Assembly (NCBI GenBank): GCA_047602405.1 | Contig: JASGHJ010000002.1 | Coordinates: 2,432,001 to 2,496,000, forward strand | Origin: Anaeromyxobacteraceae bacterium | Lineage (GTDB): Bacteria; Myxococcota; Myxococcia; Myxococcales; Anaeromyxobacteraceae | DNA: 64,000 bases | Direction: 5' to 3' | Shown: one piece after another, positions 56,927 through 64,000 of the stretch | Position numbering within the stretch: position 1 is the stretch's first letter | Layout of the letters: every line of letters starts with the position of its first letter | Translations under genes and position numbers: made by a program | The notes under the pieces: model-generated | Told to the model about the DNA's origin: nothing | Database searches by the model: none | The model's input: only the letters and a program-made list of their open reading frames with translations

Positions 56927-58159
56927 TCAGCCCGCGCAGACGATCCGGACGTCGACCTGATCGCTCGAGCCGAGGACGCACGCGTTCTGGAAGGACAGCG
57001 TGGCGGGCGCGTCCGCGGTGGGCGGGGCGTAGACGGCCCCGGCCGAGGCCGCGTCGGCCGAGCCCTTCGCGGCGACCGGGCAGCCGACCACCGCGCCGCT
57101 CGCCTTCCGGAGCGAGACCGCGAGCATCCGGGGGTCCGGGAGCGCGCCCTGGAGCGGTACCGTCTGCGGCACGAGCAGGTCGGCGATCGACATCAACGAG
57201 TCGTGGAAGGTCGCCCGGCAGATGCTGTCCTTGAAGGCGTTCGTGCCGAGCGCGGTCACGAGCGCGTCGAGGCGGGCGGGCGCGTCGAACGAGGTGGAGC
57301 AGCGCGGCGTGGCCGCGCCGGAGGTCATGTTGAACCCGGCGATCACCGCGAGGACCGGGTCGCGCGCCTCGCCCTCGATCGGCCCGGTGAGGAACGCCAC
57401 GAAGTCGTCGATGGAGTCCATCTGGCCGGCCTGGAACTTCCGGGCGGGGTCGTGGCACGCATCCTGCCCGGCGGAGGCGCTCGTCGGGAGGTGGTGGCTC
57501 GAGTCGGAGCAGTCGTCCTCGTCGGTGAGGATGACGACCGCGAGCCTCGCCCCCGGCCGGAGGAACCCGGCGTTCGTGCCGTCCGCGATGCGCTCGGAGA
57601 GCGCGAGCCGGGCGGCGCGCAGCGGCTCCTCCTTGCCGGTCCCGTTCGTGCCGAGGAGCACGTTCGCCTCGAAGTCGGGGATGAGGGTGGCCGTGCCGCT
57701 GTCGAGGATCCGCGGCCCGAGCCAGGCGCCCGCGGAGTACCACAGCTTGTTCGGCACCACCGCCCCGCTCGCCCGCTCGATCGCGACGAGCGCGCCCTGC
57801 GGGTACGGCGCGCAGCCGGCGCAGGCGTTCGGCCCCGACCCGTAGGTCGCGGAGGTCGCGGGGTCGAAGTTCTCGACCGAGGTCGTGGTCACCCCCACCC
57901 GGAAGTCGTTCTTCACCGGCGACCGCGCGAGCGCGGTCACGAAGTCGCCGAGGTTGTCGTGGAGGTTCTGCTGCTCCTCGAGCATCGAGCCCGACTCGTC
58001 GATGACGAACAGGATGTCCGTCGCCGCGCTGCCGATGCTGATCCGCGCCTCGCACCTCGTGACCGCCTCGGGCGGCACGGTGTCGCAGCCGCAGCCCGGC
58101 AGGAGCGTGACGAGGCAGCTCCAGAGACCCACGGCGAGGGTGGCGGTCGGGCGGCGCAT
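56927..58159 (-). CDS. vWA-domain lipoprotein (CglB-like)
   Basis: Lipobox-like PGCGC; MIDAS DILFVIDESGSM; FLRPGARLAVVILTDEDDCS. Confidence 0.8.
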   Translation of the reverse strand: MRRPTATLAVGLWSCLVTLLPGCGCDTVPPEAVTRCEARISIGSAATDILFVIDESGSMLEEQQNLHDNLGDFVTALARSPVKNDFRVGVTTTSVENFDPATSATYGSGPNACAGCAPYPQGALVAIERASGAVVPNKLWYSAGAWLGPRILDSGTATLIPDFEANVLLGTNGTGKEEPLRAARLALSERIADGTNAGFLRPGARLAVVILTDEDDCSDSSHHLPTSASAGQDACHDPARKFQAGQMDSIDDFVAFLTGPIEGEARDPVLAVIAGFNMTSGAATPRCSTSFDAPARLDALVTALGTNAFKDSICRATFHDSLMSIADLLVPQTVPLQGALPDPRMLAVSLRKASGAVVGCPVAAKGSADAASAGAVYAPPTADAPATLSFQNACVLGSSDQVDVRIVCAG

Positions 58160-58162
58160 GGG

Positions 58163-60049
58163 TCAGGGCTTGCAGCCGCTCGCGGCGTCACCGCCGTTGC
58201 AGCACGGGTCGGTCGAGCCCGCCGCGCAGCAGATGCAGGTGCCGGCGGTGGCCGGGACCTGCGCCGCGGGGACGCCCGCGGCCACGCAGGCCCAGTCGCT
58301 GGCCTGGCCGCCGAGCGCCGAGGCGCAGGACGCCTTCGACTGACAGCCGTCGGCGGGGAGCCGGCCGATGTAGTCGGCCGAGTAGGTCTCGCCGGGGTTC
58401 GCGCGGCAGTTGCCGGTCTCGTTGTTGATGAAGACGTAGCGTGAGACCCCGGTGGCGTCGCCGCCGTCGCGGGTCGCCGTGAACCACCAGTCCCAGCCGC
58501 CCGCCTTCGCGGCGGCGGCGGTGGTGCCGGCGGGCGCCGGCCCCTTGCAGATCTTCCGGGTCTGGCCGTCCGTCGCGGCGATGCGGAGCAGCGTCACGAC
58601 GCTCTCGGCAGGCGTCGTGGGCAGCACGAGCCCCGCCGGCGGCCGGACGATGTTCGCGATCTCGTCGAGCACGAGGCTGAAGTTGCCGTCGCAGATGGAG
58701 CCGGTGAAGACGTCGGCCCCCTGCCCGCGCAGCGCCTGGGCCGTCTCGTAGAAGCGGAAGCCCGCGGCCTGGCCGCCGCAGGTGGCGGTGCACGCGTTCT
58801 GCGGGCACGCGCCGCAGCAGACGCCCGGGGTGCAGGCGCCGGTGCCCGCGCGGCCGCACTGGTCCTGCGCCATCGAGACGACGAACGCGGCGCCGATGGG
58901 CCGGCCGAGCCCCATGAAGTAGTTCACGAAGTCGCCGGTCGGATACTGGCGGCGGCTCCCGGCCGGCTTGAGCGCGTCGGCCACGCAGGCGTCCGCGCCG
59001 GGGTTCCCTCCGTCCCACACCACGCCCGCCGTCGCGTCCACCGGCGACGAGCAGTCGTCCTCGTCGCCCACGAAGACCAGCACGAGCTTCGAGCCCGGCC
59101 GCGGCCACTCCGCGTTCGCGCTCGCGACGAGGGTCGTGGGGTTCCAGGCGTGCGCGCCGGAGAGGTCGTAGGTGTCCTTCTGCTGGCCCGCGAGCGCCTT
59201 CTCGACGGCCATCTTCCCGGCGAGCAGGCCCGTCTCCTCGCCCGACCCGCAGATCCCGACCTTCGCGCTGTTCTTGAAGAAGTCGATGAGCTGCGCCGAG
59301 GTGAAGCCCTGGCGGTTCTTGCCGGTGCCGCCCTGGTAGAGCGACTTGTCGAAGTGCAGCACCCGGGGCTGGCCGTCGAGGCTCACGAAGTCGCCCTGCG
59401 GGTAGCGCGTGCCGCCGACCGCGACGCCCCGCGTCCCGGCGGTGCAGGCGGCGGTATCGTAGTGCGTGAGCATCCGGCCGCAGGTGGCGCCCGCGGTGAC
59501 GCAGGGCTCGGAGCCCTTCTCGGCGGTGCCGCTCGCGTCGCAGCAGTACTTCTCGCCGAGCAGGTTCGTGCAGTCGGTCCGGCAGGTGAAGCCGGTGCCG
59601 CAGGCCTCGCCCTTCGCGCAGGACTTGCCCGCCTCCACGGGGCTGCCGCTCGAGTCGCAGCACACGAGGCTGCCCGGGTGGCCGCTGCAGTCCGACCGGC
59701 AGGTCGCGCCGAGGCCGCTGCCGTTGTTGAACATCACGGACGTGGTGGTGACTGCGAGGTGGTAGTCGAACGGCTGGAGCCCGCTCGACACGAGCGACTG
59801 GTTGTAGGCGTCGAGGTTCGTGACGAAGCTCGAGAACGCGGCCGAGAGCGCGGCCTGCTCGCCCTCCATCGAGCCCGAGTCGTCGATGACGAAGAGGACG
59901 TCGGCCGAGGAGACGTCGGACAGCTTCACCCGCTCGGTGGCGGGCTGGATGAGGCACTTGCCGACCGGGTTGAAGTTGTAGTCCTGGCACCCGGCGGCGC
60001 CGAGGGCGAGGCCGACCGACAGGAACGCGCCGAGCGCGGGTCTACGCAT
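58163..60049 (-). CDS. Cys-rich vWA-domain lipoprotein (CglB-like)
   Basis: [37 protein letters not shown]; many Cys. Confidence 0.82.
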   Translation of the reverse strand: MRRPALGAFLSVGLALGAAGCQDYNFNPVGKCLIQPATERVKLSDVSSADVLFVIDDSGSMEGEQAALSAAFSSFVTNLDAYNQSLVSSGLQPFDYHLAVTTTSVMFNNGSGLGATCRSDCSGHPGSLVCCDSSGSPVEAGKSCAKGEACGTGFTCRTDCTNLLGEKYCCDASGTAEKGSEPCVTAGATCGRMLTHYDTAACTAGTRGVAVGGTRYPQGDFVSLDGQPRVLHFDKSLYQGGTGKNRQGFTSAQLIDFFKNSAKVGICGSGEETGLLAGKMAVEKALAGQQKDTYDLSGAHAWNPTTLVASANAEWPRPGSKLVLVFVGDEDDCSSPVDATAGVVWDGGNPGADACVADALKPAGSRRQYPTGDFVNYFMGLGRPIGAAFVVSMAQDQCGRAGTGACTPGVCCGACPQNACTATCGGQAAGFRFYETAQALRGQGADVFTGSICDGNFSLVLDEIANIVRPPAGLVLPTTPAESVVTLLRIAATDGQTRKICKGPAPAGTTAAAAKAGGWDWWFTATRDGGDATGVSRYVFINNETGNCRANPGETYSADYIGRLPADGCQSKASCASALGGQASDWACVAAGVPAAQVPATAGTCICCAAGSTDPCCNGGDAASGCKP

Positions 60050-60148
60050 CGAGAACCTCCCTACGGAAGCACGATGATAGCCCCGATCCCGGGGGCGGCA
60101 AACCTGCGGGAGGGGGCCCGAACAGCGGGCCCCGAGTGGCGCTCCCAC

Positions 60149-61705
60149 CTACTCCCACTCGATCGTGGCCGGCGGCTTCGACGAGACGTCGTAGACGACC
60201 CGGTTGATGCCCCGCACCTCGTTGGTGACCCGCGACGAGATCCGTCCGAGCAGGTCGTACGGGAGCCGGGCCCAGTCGCCGGTCATCCCGTCCGTGGACT
60301 CCACCGCGCGCAGCACGCAGGTGCTCTCGTAGGTGCGCTCGTCGCCCATCACGCCGACCGAGCGCACCGGGAGGAGCACCGCGAAGGCCTGCCAGAGCTT
60401 CTCGTAGAGCCCGGCCTTCTTGATCTCCTCCTGCACGATCACGTCGGCCCTGCGGACGAGGTCGAGCCGCTCCTTCGTGACCTCGCCGAGCACGCGGATG
60501 GCGAGCCCGGGGCCCGGGAAGGGTTGCCGCTGCACGATGTGCTGGGGCAGGCCGAGCTCGACGCCGAGGCGGCGGACCTCGTCCTTGAAGAGCTCGCGCA
60601 GCGGCTCCACGAGGGCGAGCTTCATCACCTCCGGCAGGCCGCCCACGTTGTGGTGGCTCTTGATGGTGGCGGAGGGGCCGCGGAACGACACCGACTCGAT
60701 GACGTCGGGGTAGAGCGTGCCCTGCACGAGGAACTGGGCGCGCTCGCCGTGGGCGGCGAGCTGCTCCACCTGCTCCTCGAAGACCGCGATGAACTCGCGG
60801 CCGATGATCTTGCGCTTCGCCTCCGGGTCGGTGACCCCGGCGAGCCGCTCGAGGAAGCGGTTCGAGGCGTCGACGGTGACGAGCGGGAGGTGGAACATCC
60901 CGCCGAACACCTCCTCCACCTGCTGGCGCTCGCCGTGCCGGAGCACGCCGTTGTCGACGAAGATGCAGCGGAGCCGGTTGCCGATGGCGCGGTGGACGAG
61001 GAGCGCCGCCACCGCGGAGTCCACGCCGCCCGAGAGGGCGCAGATGACGTGGCCGTCCTTCACCTGGGCCCGGATCTGCTCGACCGCCACGTCGACGTAG
61101 GCCCGCATCGACCAGGAGCCGGAGCAGCCGCAGATCTTCTTCGCGAAGTTCGCGAGGAGGTCCTTGCCGCGCGGCGTGTGGGCGACCTCGGGGTGGAACT
61201 GCACGGCGTAGATCCGCCGCGCGCGGTTCACCATGGCGGCGAACGGCGCCGAGGGGGTCGAGGCGATGGCCTCGAAGCCGGGCGGGATCGCCTCGACGCG
61301 GTCGCCGTGGCTCATCCAGACGTCGAGGCGGGCCGGCAGGCCGTCGAAGAGGCTCGTTGCCGGGCTTCGCCTCGATGGTGGCCGGGCCGTACTCGCGGTG
61401 GGCCGCCTTGTCGACGCGCCCGCCGAGCTCCTGCGAGAGGAGCTGGTGCCCGTAGCAGATGCCGAGCACCGGCACGCCGAGCTCGAGCGCGACCGCGTCG
61501 AAGCGCGGGCTCCCCTCCTGCCACGCCGAGTACGGCGAGCCGGAGAGCACGACGCCCTTCGGGGCGAAGGCGCGGATGGCCTCGCCCTTCATGGTGCACG
61601 GGTGGATCTCGCAGTAGACGCCGAGCTCGCGCAACCGCCGGGCGATGAGCTGCGTGTACTGCGACCCGAAGTCGAGGATGAGGATCTTCTCTGCGTGGAT
61701 GTCCA

Positions 61706-61706
<1 letters not shown>
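60149..61706 (-). CDS. guaA: GMP synthase (glutamine-hydrolysing); apparent frameshift at ~61351
   Basis: [23 protein letters not shown], (VW)[35 protein letters not shown]. Confidence 0.96.
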
Positions 61707-63304
<1,598 letters not shown>

Positions 63305-63385
63305 TCACCGCGCCCTGGTGATCGGCGGTGTCCCGTCGGCCGGTCCCTTGCTGGCCTCCTCGCTTCGCACGGATAATCCGCCCGA

Positions 63386-64000
63386 GTGGCGCCCCCCCAC
63401 GACACCTCGCCGCGAGAGCCACGCCGCCCCATCGGACTCGCGGTCCGGCTCACCTACGGGACCGTCGACGAGTTCGCGGAGCGGTTCGCGGTCAACCTCT
63501 CGCGCGGCGGCGTCTTCATCCGCTCCTCCGATCCGAAGCCGCCCGGCACGCACCTGAAGTTCGAGCTGCGGCTCTCCACCGGCGAGGCGGCAATCCGCGG
63601 CGAGGGCGTCGTGCGCTGGGCGCAGCCCGCCGACCCGCACGCGCGCCCGCCGAAGGCCCCGGGCATGGGCGTGCAGTTCACCTCCCTCGACGAGCCCTCG
63701 CGCGCGCTCGTCGAGCGGATGGTGGCGCTCAAGGAGCAGCGCGGGCTGGCGCCCGGCGTCGCCGCGCCCGCCCCGGTCGCCGAGCGGCCCCTCGCCACCC
63801 CGCCCCCCACCCGCGCGCGCGAGCCCATCCTCACGCCGGCGCCGCTGCCGGCGCAGGCCGACCTCTCGGCCCCGCACCGGGTCGAGCAGCTCCAGGCCGG
63901 ACCGGCCCGGGTCGAGCTCGGGCTGCCGGCGAAGCCCGGCCCGCAGGGGAAGCCCTCCGCGTTCGTGATCGGCATCGACCTCGGCACGAGCAACTCGTGC
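63386..64000 (+). CDS. TIGR02266 PilZ-domain / Hsp70 (DnaK-like) fusion, truncated by window end
   Basis: Translated by hand (absent from ORF track): PREPRRPI...[17 protein letters not shown]...GVVRW...PGMGVQF, Pro-rich linker, then [12 protein letters not shown]. Confidence 0.88.
   Translation, partial: MAPPHDTSPREPRRPIGLAVRLTYGTVDEFAERFAVNLSRGGVFIRSSDPKPPGTHLKFELRLSTGEAAIRGEGVVRWAQPADPHARPPKAPGMGVQFTSLDEPSRALVERMVALKEQRGLAPGVAAPAPVAERPLATPPPTRAREPILTPAPLPAQADLSAPHRVEQLQAGPARVELGLPAKPGPQGKPSAFVIGIDLGTSNSC

Overview
Very GC-rich bacterial chromosomal DNA. Gene content and style (TIGR02266 PilZ-Hsp70, ADYC protein, kinase-STAND-FGE protein, CglB-like vWA lipoproteins) point to Myxococcota, probably Anaeromyxobacter-like; this assignment is an inference. 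The window holds about 62 CDS, an initiator tRNA-Met, an intact IS630, a Y1 (HUH) transposase bracketed by 21-bp direct repeats, two covarying GTAG-type REP-like elements and a 5x43-bp REP-derived tandem array. Housekeeping genes include nikR, purE, purK, cysK, guaA, guaB and a Zn/Mn ABC uptake operon. The most notable observations are: (1) a wHTH regulator / 14-bp operator array / SbtA bicarbonate transporter / purE / purK module, a candidate CO2-limitation system for purine synthesis; (2) the direct-repeat-bounded Y1 transposase element; (3) a pair of unannotated paralogous small membrane proteins of 47 and 49 aa; (4) a CxxC leader peptide ending in QSPPA upstream of the metal-uptake operon; (5) 8 of 9 frameshifts plus many odd substitutions fall on GATC or GCTCTTC, which suggests modification-induced sequencing errors that reveal the host's DNA-modification motifs.
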